Source: Conidiobolus incongruus B7586
Lineage: Eukaryota
Length of the DNA: 36,989 bases
Assembly: GCA_000697335.1 (NCBI GenBank)
Contig: JNEM01013022.1
Span: 1-36,989, forward strand
Direction: 5' to 3'
The translations under genes and the position numbers were made by a program. Below are positions 1-11,786 of this stretch, piece by piece. The notes under the pieces are model-generated. The model did no database searches. It was given only the letters and a program-made list of their open reading frames with translations, and had not been told where the DNA came from. Positions within the stretch are counted from its first letter, which is position 1. Each line of letters starts with the position of its first letter.

Positions 1-4
1 TATC

Positions 5-864
5 TTATAAACTTAAAGAAATTAAAAAAGTTAAAGATAAATATATTAAGTTTTAATTTTTTCTCATTATTAAAAACTTACAAATATAAATAATTTATAC
101 TTATATAGTTAAATTAATTGTATAAATAGTATTAAATTATCTAATAAACTAGGTTCCTCTTTTTCCTCTCAATTCTTACTATTTTTTACTTTTACACTAT
201 TTCTAAGATTGAGACTATATTCTGTCGATATTGTAGGATATTGGCACTACCTAATATAAATCTTAATATATCGGTGACTCATCCTAGTTCGAAGCTTAAT
301 TAAACTTTGTTTACACTTGCACGCTACAGCCACATTATATTACCACGTTCTGCGCCACACTACTTTTATATTAAGTCTTCCTCTGCACTATATTAGTTTA
401 ACTACCACAACGCTTACAATATCTTTATAAAGTTAATAAAAGAGTTAATATTAGAATATATTAAAGTATTTTAAATAATAAATTAAAAAAACTATTAAAT
501 AATATAAGTTAAATAAATTTAATATTATTTTTTAATAAGATAATATATTTTATTATACTATATTTTTTATTATTAAATAACTTAAAAATAATAAAATAAT
601 AGCTATAAAATAGTTTCTTAAGTTTTATAACTTTAATTTAATTAAATACCTTTAAAATTAGTTAACAAAAGTTATTAAAATTTTCCCTTTAATATAAAAT
701 TTAAATTAACTTTAAAAATATATTTAAAAAGTATAGAATAAGATTAACCTTTTTTAATATAAAAAGTTAATTGATTTTATACTTTATAAACTTAAAGAAA
801 TTAAAAAAGTTAAAGATAAATATATTAAGTTTTAATTTTTTCTCATTATTAAAAACTTACAAAT
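5..864. repeat. Exact 81-bp direct repeat (5-85 and 784-864)
   Basis: TTATAAACTTAAAGAAATTAAAAAAGTTAAAGATAAATATATTAAG...CTCATTATTAAAAACTTACAAAT is read identically at 5-85 and 784-864 (offset 779). Confidence 0.9.
119..418 (+). mobile_element. Possible LTR fragment or solo-LTR-like segment
   Basis: Segment of ~300 bp, richer in GC and CpG than its flanks and bounded by TGTA...TACA. It has TATAAATAG followed by a CT-rich tract (GGTTCCTCTTTTTCCTCTC). No clean target-site duplication or coding remnant is visible. Confidence 0.3.
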
Positions 865-3401
865 TTATAATTTAACTTAAATAAAATTTAAAGATTTATA
901 TTTTAATTATTTAATAATTAAATACCATCATTTAATAATATATATTATTAATAAATATAACAGATTTTAAGTATTTAATTTAAGTTTATTTCATTAAATA
1001 TTAATTAAGTTATTAGTAAAAATATAAGTGTTTTTGATTTTATAACTTATTTTTATAGGTTAATATATTATCAATTGAATCAATTTATTATTTAAATTAT
1101 CAATATAAAGTTTAATTAAAATATTAATATTTAATAAATATATTACTCAATAATATCAAAAACATTTATAATTAGTATTTAATATATTAAAATCAAGGCT
1201 AAAGATTTTAGTTATATTATTTCTAATAATTGTAAGCTAATAATTTCAATATAATATTATTAATTAATGAAAACAAGTATTGAATAAAAATGATAAATTA
1301 ATTATATAAATTATAAAATTTAAAATAAAATTTACAATTGATTAAATTTTATTCAAAAGAATATTTCCCAAATTATTTGATATTGTTTGATTTTAAGAAA
1401 TTTTTTATTCAAAAGTAATTAATAAATAGCATATCATTATAGTCACAAAGTATTTTATTAATCTATTATAATTTTTTTAGTAAATCAAAATAAATACATA
1501 ATTCTTTAAGTCCAAAATCTCTATATATTTGAAAAAATAACAGGAATAAAAACAAAGTTGTCATATAATCTTGTTGGTAATAATCAACCTAATGAGCTGT
1601 AATTATAATATTTTAAATACTTATATTAGAATTTGGAGACAGAAAAAATTCTTAATTAATTAATTAATTTAAAATAATTTGATTTATTTGGAATAACTTA
1701 TTTTAATTTTTTAAAATAAATTAAATGACTAGAAAAATTATTGACATAATTATGTTGCTTATTAACTAAATATTTTTTATACATAATGGATGAAAATCTT
1801 ATGAATAATATATTTAAAATTTAATAAATGATACATACTCATTTAATATTTTTCAAATAAAACCAAATAAATAATTGAAAAATACTATATTAATGCTCAT
1901 TTAGAAGGAGTTTAACTATTTTTAATTAGAATTTTAAATAAATAAAGCTAAAATATCGATTTTGTTATATTCAACTATATTTTATCATATCGTAAGTAAT
2001 AAGATTATTATTATTCCTTGTATTCAGTATAGAAAACAAAATATACTAGGCATATATCTACTACTTTAAATATAACTATTTAAAAATATTAATAATTAAG
2101 CTTCTAAGTAGGATATTCCAATTATTTAGCATAAAAATTGAAATTCAGTTATGAATTCTGCATTTTTCTCTCATTTTTAAACATTATATCCTATATGACG
2201 GCATTTTTAAGATAAACATTATTAGATTTTGCATTCACACATATTACTAAATTTAATACTTTATGAACTGATTATCAAACAAATTCATTTTTTAATATTA
2301 CAAAAAGTTTTAAAAACACATTTGCAATCAACCTTTTTTTGTAAATGGTTCTCAAACTAGTATTAATAATACCCTTTTTGATTTTAATTCAGTATTATGC
2401 TACAAACCATGATTTGGACTTTGGGATTTAATTTAATTACATATTAATATATAATTAGATTATATTGTGAATGTCTTGATAAAGATAATCAACTTTCTAC
2501 CAATGTACATAATCAGCATTTCAATTTTATTTAAAAAAACAAATCAAATAAAAATTCTATCAATTGAAATGCTAGAATATTAGTTCATTTTGAATTACAA
2601 TCTATCTATACATAATTTTTGAAATTTCAAATTATATCAACATCTGTAATAATATTAATAATCAAATATTATTGGAACAATAATTAAAAACGTATTCAAT
2701 ATATATGATAAGGATTACTATAATTATTTTGATAATCTTAAAATTAAGAATATATTTTTGGAATTTTTATTAACAGTTTAAAATTTTGTATTATTATTTT
2801 GTTTAATTGAATTTTATCCTTAATTTTATTAATTTCCTGAAATTTAAGAATTAAATCTTGAAATTCATCCAATCACAATGATTTAAAATTTTAAACAATT
2901 AAAAACTGATTTAAGTTTAGAGTAATTTTATTCTCCCATAAGTTTATTAAATTTCAATTCCTTTAATTTAGCATTTGATAAATGTGAAATTTCAGTACTA
3001 AGCTAAGACAAATAGTTTAAAACCTATTTCTTTAATTTGATTCTGTATTAGGTATGATAATTAATAATTATAATAATATCTTATATATTATTCAATTTTT
3101 GTTTAACTTGAAAGTATGATAAGTGTATTTGAATATAATAACAATATTTTATAGTATTAAATTATATATTTAAAGTAAAACGGCAGAAAAATATTTTTAC
3201 TCAACTATCACATTGAATAATATCAGAAATTTTCATACTTATTTTGAAAATTAGCAATTTTATTTTCAACCTATTTTTGTCTTTAGTAATTTTTGAATTT
3301 TCTTTTTCACTAATATATTTTAGTTCTTAATCAAAATTATAGTCAATATTTAAATTGGAATTTACTGACTTTTTATTTAGGCCTTCTTTTAGTAATTTGA
3401 A

Positions 3402-4452
3402 ATGATGTCTGATCGCAATCCTGAAATTGTAAAATTTGATAAATAAATATATTTTATTAATCTGCTAACTTTGTATTAGTCTGAAAGACCTCAACATGTT
3501 GATGACCTTCCTCCCTCTCCTAGAGATAGAGACCCAAGAGACCTAAGAGATCCAAGAGACCTAAGAGACCCAAGAGGGGAAAGAGGCGACTATTATCGCG
3601 ACCAATATCGTCGCTCTCGCTCTCGTTCTCGCTCACCCCGCTCTAGATCTCGCTCTCGTAGTCGTAGCCCTTATTATAGAGACCGTTACAGAAGGTATTT
3701 GATATTTTAAAATACATGTTAAAACGAATTAACCTTTTTTAATTTATTAGTCGCTCTCGCAGTCCCCGTCGTAGTTACAGAGATCGTGGTTATAGTAGTA
3801 GATATCATCCTCAAGGTCCTCACGGCCGTCACCGCAACGTAAATACTTTTTTATTTATTTTTGACTTTTTTCACAAATAATTAACTACTATTTTAGGAAC
3901 CAGCTCCTCCCTCCAAGGTTATTGGTGTTTTTGGTCTCAACTTGAATACCAGAGAACGTGACTTAAAAGAACTCTTCTCTGGATATTCTACTTTAAATGA
4001 TATTTCTTTAGTATACGACAAGAAGGTATACAATATTTTAAGTTTTGCTTTCAATTTACTGAATTAACTTAGTCTGACCAATCTCGTGGTTTTGCTTTCG
4101 TTTCTTTTGGCTCTCTTGAAGAAGCTACCGCTGCTAAAGAAAGAACTAACGGAGTGGTACATATTTTATTGATATAACATAAATATATTTTTATAGTCTA
4201 ATTCTTTTTAAATAGGAACTTCATGGCCGTATCATTCGTGTTGATTACTCTCTCACTCAACGTGCTCACAGCCCTACCCCTGGAGAATACATGGGTCATC
4301 GCCACAGACGTCCTCGTCACTATTATAGTCGCCGCTCTCCAAGTCCTTATTATCGTCGCCGCCGCTCTCCAAGTCCTTACTATCGCCGTCGCCACCGTAG
4401 CCCTAGCTACACTCGCGATGATAGAAGACCCCCTAGCCGTTCCCGCTCTTAA
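3402..4452 (+). CDS. tra2: Transformer-2-like SR splicing factor (RS-RRM-RS), 6 coding exons
   Basis: Exons 3402-3428, 3480-3694, 3751-3838, 3897-4025, 4073-4156 and 4216-4452 join through GT-AG introns into one ORF. It has an N-terminal RS region, an RRM (VIGVFGL ... SRGFAFVSF), the Tra2 linker RIIRVDYSLTQRAHSPTPGEYMG and a C-terminal RS/RSPSPYY region. Stop is TAA at 4450-4452. Confidence 0.92.
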
Positions 4453-5753
4453 GTTCGTCACACGTATTTGATATCATTTTAAATTGATACCATAGCAATT
4501 ACTTTCGTTTCGAATTAGGTCATCCTATCCCCAAAGCATATTATATGAATTTGAACATCCTTTATTAAATATATAGTTTTCAAGAAATTTACATGAAGAG
4601 ACATAGAAATGTGATTTTAAGTATGAAATGAAAGTATGAAAATTCAAGTTGTTGTATGTTTTCAAGAGTTGCATCAGGGTTCCTTCAAGAAGGATTTATC
4701 AGAAGAATTTAATTCGAAGGATATATTATTTTTATTTATTTCGATTGGAAAAACCTTATTCAAATAATGAAATTATTTCCAGATGAAAATTAAGCTGGTA
4801 GTATACATTTATCTTAAAAGCTAATATATAATTTTATATTTGAATATTTAAATAACTACTTGTTAATCACCTAAAATATCTTTACTCACCTAATTGCAAT
4901 ATTTTTTTATAGTGTAGTAAGATATTTTAGTCCTATTTTAGGAATCTTATTTTTAAAATTTACATTAGCTGTATCAATTCAACTTAGAATTATAATTGAA
5001 TATAATATCAAATCTTCACCAAGAAATTGAATCAATTTAAATTGAAAAAATTATGCCCTGTAATTCAGCCTTAATCTAATATTGTATTTTTATATTAAAT
5101 TATTATACAGATCAATTTGTATCATTACAACCAGTAATACTTGCGAAGATCAATATTATTCAATCGATGATTAGTAAAAATAATTTGAGATTATATGCAA
5201 TGCAAGTTTTCTTTGAAATGATATATTTTGTTAAATTTAGATAGATATCTATTATGAATGATTTGGAAAATTTCTTGGACTGAGACTCAAATTTTAACGA
5301 AGAAATTATCTGATTTCCGGATATAATTTTTTTTGTTTATTCAAATAAATCAAAATTCAGGAACTCTTTTCTTTGTCAGACTTGTTATTTGAAAATTGAT
5401 CTTTCCAAATATATTCGATTGAAAATTTCAGACTTAATAAATCTAGAACATTCTAACTCAATTTCTTTCAATTAAATATATTAGGGTGTTGAACAATGAT
5501 TTTAATAAACATAACCCATTACTTAGAGTTAAATTATAAATTTCAATTCTATTCATATTAAATAACAAGTTATTTTAAAAAATGGGCATTTTTATCTGAA
5601 ATAAAGAATAATGTTTTAAACCTAATTAATGGTATATATTAACTTTATAGCATTTTGAACAAAATTGATTATTTATCTGTCAATCAATGATATTGCTTTG
5701 TAACAAATACAACTATATTAAAAATATCTCAATATAAATAATAATTTATTCAA

Positions 5754-6795
5754 TTAGTTATTTTTAAGAATTTCCTCAACAGATTGAGGAGAAATCTTAG
5801 AATAAAGTTGCCAATGAGAGTCTTTAGGCTTAGAGACCATTCTCTGGAAAACGTAATATTCAATAATGGGTTGGAAGTTCTCAGGGTCACCAGCAATTAA
5901 TTTTCCTGCTTTGTTATAAACTCCCATACTCTGTTTGTTAAAGCCAATTATTAGTATAATAAGTATCATAATTAATTAACCAATATTTACCTGAAGAGTG
6001 TGGAATCTAACAGTAACCTGAGCCAAAGTCATACCATCAGCAATACGACCAATTCTAGCATTAATAACTCTGGGGGGTTCTACAGCATCTTTAAAGCTCC
6101 ATTGGAAATTATCCTTACGATTCTTAATATCTTTCTTCAAAGTCTATTTAATTAAATTAGATTAATAAATCATTGATTTAAGCATTAGATATAATATAAG
6201 TTACAGCAGCTAAATTGGGAGTACATAAATAATCGATAGCATCAGTATTTCCCCTAAAAAAATTAATATTAATAATTAAATTTAAAAAAAATCAAGTATT
6301 TAATTACTTAGCATAAGAAGAATTCATTTCCAAATAAAGATCTAAAGCCTCGTTAGCGAAAACTTTAGGTTTCCAACCCTTTAACTTCATTTTAATATTT
6401 GCTATACTATAAAAATTAATTAATTAATATTTTAAAATATTATAATAATGATATATCTACCTGAAAGTAGAAGCAACAAAATTTTTAAAATGTTTTTTAG
6501 CAATTTTACGACCTTGTTCAGTTAAAATTGAAGGTTTATCTTTAGGATTTAAAGGGATAAAAGAATCTATTAATATAAATTAATATCAATTAAAAATGTA
6601 AATAATAAATATATATTTACCGAAAACACCAAAATCATGGGTGAATAATCTAATGTGTGTATTTTGTCTACTTTGGATAGAAGCAGAGGTAGAAAATTGG
6701 CTACTGTTTAATAATGCTAAAGCTTTATTAACCTGAGATTGGTTGAATTTAACCAACTTATTGTAATTAATTGAATTTTTAATAATTGAATTCAT
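5754..6795 (-). CDS. MBA1: Mitochondrial Tim44-like domain protein (Mba1 / mL45 family), 6 exons
   Basis: Exons 6795-6621, 6566-6461, 6406-6308, 6253-6205, 6143-5991 and 5930-5754 splice in frame. The N-terminus is presequence-like (no acidic residues, FSTSAS). It contains ALDLYLEMNSSYAKGN and AQVTVRFHTLQSMGVYNKAGKLIAGDP...EYYVFQR...WQLYSKI, typical of the Tim44/MRPL45/Mba1 fold. Confidence 0.82.
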
Positions 6796-7563
6796 AATTG
6801 AAATTATTTATTAGTTGAAGTTATTGTTTAATAAAAAGATTTAATTCTATAATTTATTATTATTGAAATATAATTTAGTATATTCATTTTTTAAGTTTTC
6901 ATTAATAATATCCCTATATATTCAGTATTATTCTTCAATAATTATGGGATTCATTTAATTAAGTTGATTTTTCAGAATGATCCTTTTTTTTCTTCAAATA
7001 TATTAAAATTGAATTTTTTCTTGTTTATGCATGAATATATTTAAATATATAAATAATCATAGCTTGTATATTTATAGAAAATGTTATTGATAAATATCAT
7101 ATCTTTTGGCATGTAGGGTAACAATCAATACTTATTCCTTTATTCGATAATTTTAATTTTGATATCATTTTAATTGATATAAATCACAAATATCACAAAA
7201 TTAGCCTGTAATTTATACTCTTAAAATGATGCTAAAACATTGATTAGTAGTTATTTAGTATATATAATCAATAGCTTTATTCGATGAAATCTATTTGGAT
7301 TTAAAAATATATTGAATTTCTATATCAAATTATTTAATTAAGTTTTAAAGAGTCAAATTTTATATTGTAAAATACTTTCAATAGATAAATAATAATACTT
7401 GCTATTTTTTAATCATATTTTAATTTCATTATAGCTGAGTAAAATAATCACCTTATAAAATGGATTAAAATTTAAAAACTTTAATACAATATGAACGTAA
7501 CATTAGAAATTTGATAGTTGAACAATTTATATATAAATTTCTCAACAATACCACATATAATTA

Positions 7564-7592
7564 ATATACAATATATTGAATATATTGTATAT
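7564..7592. repeat. Perfect 14-bp inverted repeat with 1-nt spacer
   Basis: ATATACAATATATT-G-AATATATTGTATAT. Confidence 0.7.
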
Positions 7593-9429
7593 CATGATTA
7601 TAAATTCAACAAGGATCAATATCAATAAATACTTAACAAGTTTACGATACCATTGAGTTCATTAAGGGATATTTATATTTTTAAAATATGAAGTTTAACT
7701 TGAAAGACTACCAACCTGTTAAAATTTTCGAATTGACTGCATTTATATCAATTAAATATATAAATATATATATATATATTAAAAATTGATTTAAATGTTT
7801 TAAAGTTGGAATAGTTGTAGTAATTTACCAAACTAAACTGACCATTATATAAAATTATATCCAATTTTTGTATATCAAAAAAGAGTCAAATATGAAAACA
7901 TAATTTTAAAATTATGAATTATTATAGAGTTAAATTTATATATAGTTTTAATAATAAACTAGATTGAAAACTCTGAAATTAGCTTCATAGACTTATATTA
8001 GCTGAAAAAATAACTATAAAAACTTATCAACAGCTCAATATTCTTAGTTAATGATATCTTGAAAATATAATTCAAGTTACTATTTTTCAGATATTTTATA
8101 TTTAAATTAGCAATCATTCATATAATAACACTTGTATTTAATTGTCTTATACAACGGAAATATTTTATTTTATATTAAACTTGAGCTTTATCTAACTATT
8201 ATACACTTCACTATAAATACATAGTTATAATGATTTATGAATTTAAGTAAAACTATTGATGTTGAATTGAAATAAAATCAAATCAATTTTATGTAATTTA
8301 TTTATATTTTGATAAAAATTTAAACACTAAAATAAATTTGTTATTCAATGATTTAAATTATATAGATATATTTATATATATTAAAATAAATATATTGTCA
8401 ATATTATTAAAGCATTACTTTAAAGATAAAATTTTATTTTATTTTTATTTTTATTAAAATTAATTTAAAAAATAATTGAAGAAATTTTTTTTTGAAATCA
8501 AAGAAAAAATATCTAACAATCCATTAAAGTGATTTATATTAAATTTGATAAAGTTAAAAATTACATATTGATTATTAGTTAATATCACCATTTCATTAAC
8601 AATATAAAACTCAGTTATTATGATAAACTATCACATTATTTATTAGATTTTTATAAGACTTTTTTATTTTTTGCTGAATACATAATTATGCAAATATACT
8701 AGATTGAGTTAAATTATATAAATAATAAATTAATACTTTTATTATTAATCACATTATGTATTTGGAATTACCCCAAGTTTGTTGATTTTAAGATACAAAT
8801 TATTATATTTAGTATTATATTATATAATAAGATGAATGAAAAGCTATTGTAAATACCATCTAATAAAAATGTAGCATTGATTTATTCATTTTTAAATGAA
8901 AATTTAATTGGCAAAATTATCAAATTATTTTGAAAATTAACAATTAAACGCTGATAATTTCCCTATAATTAATTATCAATTAATATGCATGCTTAATCAA
9001 TGAAGTAGATTTGAATATTCTAGTTTGTAAATTTATTTACTCAAGTACTGAAATTGCAGCTTAAAATCAACATATGATAGATATTAAAATTTTTTAGTAA
9101 TAAATTTGGTATATATTCTAATATATTTTTGCAATATCTATGGCAAAAGCTATTGAATTAGTTAAAATTAATTGCTTTAATCATAACCATGATTCAAATT
9201 GAATATATAGTCAAATTAAGACAGGATAAGAAATGTTCTAAAAATTATTCATTTAAATAGTTTTTAATCAGATATAACTAAATTTTACTTATTTTTTTTG
9301 AAATAGAATAATCATTATAAATGTGATGAGTAATATTGGTAAATGCTTGGTTTAAAGATTAATATTACTTAAACGAATGATTTGTATAGTTGTAGTACAA
9401 GAGACAATAATATGTAATTTACAATACAG

Positions 9430-11786
9430 TTATTCATCTTCAGGAATCTCTGCCAGATCGTTAGAGGATTTAGCCGATGAATCAAGTTCGGAGATACTCG
9501 AGTCCTCTTCATCTCCAGGATGTAAAAGGGTGACTATAATAGAATAAATAAAAATGAATGAAATAGATTGATAGATTAATTACTTGAATTAAATTCTCCA
9601 AATGGATTAGTACGTTCAGAGTCTAAAACCAGCTTCTCTTCTTCGATATCAAATGAATTATTATCCCCTCTTCTTTGAAGTGACGGTGTATCAAAAGTTT
9701 TTTCGGGAGGTATAATCGGCGGTGTTGAATGACGTAACAAAGCAAAGTTCAGACTTTTGAAAAATGGATGAGATTTAACATCAGATGCACCCGTTTTACT
9801 TCCTAATCTACGATATTCATCCTTATTTAGGAGTTTTTTGATAATACTCTTACAAGAACTGGAAAAAATTAGCTAAATGATTGCATATTTATACTAGAGT
9901 AAAATTTACCTAGATAACTATAAAAAAAATTAATAAAGTTAAATTGATAGAAAATAGTATTAATTATTACTTGTTGATCATGAGGAGTGGGAGGAAATTG
10001 AGCTTCAGTTTTCAATATTTTAGAAAATGTCGAATTTCTATTAGAACCTTTGAATGGTGTTGTACCATACTATTCAGAGATAAATTAGATATAGCTGAAC
10101 TGGAAGGCAAATATATATTTAACATACCAGCATTTCATACAATAAAATTCCTAATGTCCACCAATCAACAGCACTAAGAAATAATAATTAATAAAAAATA
10201 AATTGTCAAGAATAAAGAGTTTTACCTTGTATGACCAGTTCCTTTAATTACTTCAGGTGCAATATATTCTACAAAATTTTTTAATATATTTCATAATGAT
10301 TTGATGTATGTATTACAAACCTTCAGTACCGACAAATGAATTAGTTCTAAAGTGGCCTGTGCATGACTTGGTATCAATCGCTGGAGGCATATCATTGGAA
10401 AGAAACTTAAAAATTGTAAATAAAAAGTAAAATAATTGATTGATGTGGTATTTACCGAAAAAGTGAATCCATTTTTGACAACAGATGGTTGGCCAATCGG
10501 ATATGATTGCTTAGATAAATCGAAATCTAAAAAAAAAATATTTAAAATATTTACAGAGTAATGATAGAAAATTATTATACCTGTCAGCATGATATGACCT
10601 GACGAATGAAGCAATATATCTATTTTAAAAGGTTAAATATATAATTAGCTTATTACTTTAAATCCATTACTCTCAGGTTTTAAGTCTCTATATATAAAAC
10701 CCATTAAATGGAGATATTCAAGAGCTAAATAAAATGAATTTATTATTCCAAGTATAATGAATAAAGAGCGCTAAAATATACCACAAACAACTTCAGCAGC
10801 ATAAAACCTTGCTTGGTCCTCTAATTTAAAAATTAATACACGATATCCATAAAACAATAAGAATAAAAAATTACCTATTAAACACTTTTTAGGTCTAGCT
10901 TGTAAAGCTATTAAATAGATATAAGGTTATTGAAAACGCAAACTAAATTTAAAGTCGATAATACCTCTAAAAAATTCTCCGCCCATACAATACTCCATAC
11001 ATAAATATAAATGATCTTCACTTTGGAAGGAATGATAAAGAGTTACAATGAATGGATGGTTCGCAGAAGCCAAAATATCCTATAATAATAATTTTGTTTA
11101 AAAACTAAATAGAATCTAATATAAATTTGTTACTTGTTCTTGTAAAGCTCTCTTAACTTTATTTCTCCTCAACATTTCTTTTTTAGATAAAACTAGAAAA
11201 TAAAGTTAATTGCAGAATAAAAAAATACAATAAATCAATTACCTTTCATAGCATACAACTTGTCTGTAGTTTTTTGTTTTACCAAATAAACTTTACCTAC
11301 ATCACCTTTACCCAACAATTTAATTTTGACAAAACTGTTAGGCTGGACGTTGATAGATTTCTTTTTAATAGAGTGTGAGGAATATGTTCTAGAGCCTTGG
11401 ATAGTAGGGTTCGAAATAATAGTATCGAGTATGGGATTCTGATTATTGAGCATATTTTCAGACCGACACCTTCTTGGTTGTTTAGGAGATAAATTATTCG
11501 AATTCGTTTTCACATTAGCTTCTTTTTGTAAAGGTGAATTTTGTCCAGAGGGTAAATCCTGCTTCCAATTACTTAAAGTTGAAAATGAGTTTTTCTGTTT
11601 TAGCCTGAATAAATTCCGAAATTTTGAAGACATAGTACCGTAAAATATAGAACCATTGTTAAGTTCGTAATCTGGATTGGATTCAGTAGAAATTTCGGAA
11701 GTTAAAGTAAATTGCGAGGATAGAGAATGACCTGAAGGCATACTGTTTAATTTGGTAGTATGGATAGGTTGGTTATGTTGACTCAT
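9430..11786 (-). CDS. nrc-2: AGC Ser/Thr kinase, Nrc-2/Fpk1/Kin82 (flippase kinase) family, 15 exons
   Basis: The spliced product contains [40 protein letters not shown], the family-typical DFDLSKQS with an activation-segment insert, [34 protein letters not shown] and [17 protein letters not shown]. There are 14 GT-AG introns; stop is TAA at 9432-9430. Confidence 0.9.

Noticed and set aside
2740..2900. LDEFQDLIL...FKLLIKNSK on the - strand as a helicase Walker B / origin-binding protein relic
   Set aside because: No Walker A or other helicase motifs nearby, the frame is closed by stops on both sides, and it is compatible with chance in AT-rich DNA.
4191..4196. Upstream TAG as an alternative acceptor for tra2 intron 5
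   Set aside because: It lies before the likely branch point (CTAAT 4198-4202) and would frameshift the RRM. The AG at 4214-4215 gives the conserved protein.
4198..4471. ORF-track ORFs 4198..4461(-) and 4223..4471(+)
   Set aside because: They are antisense and alternative-frame shadows of the repetitive RS-coding last exon of tra2.
9944..11643. ORFs 9944..10177(+), 10291..10614(-) and 11446..11643(+)
   Set aside because: They are antisense shadows or intron read-through pieces of the kinase gene.
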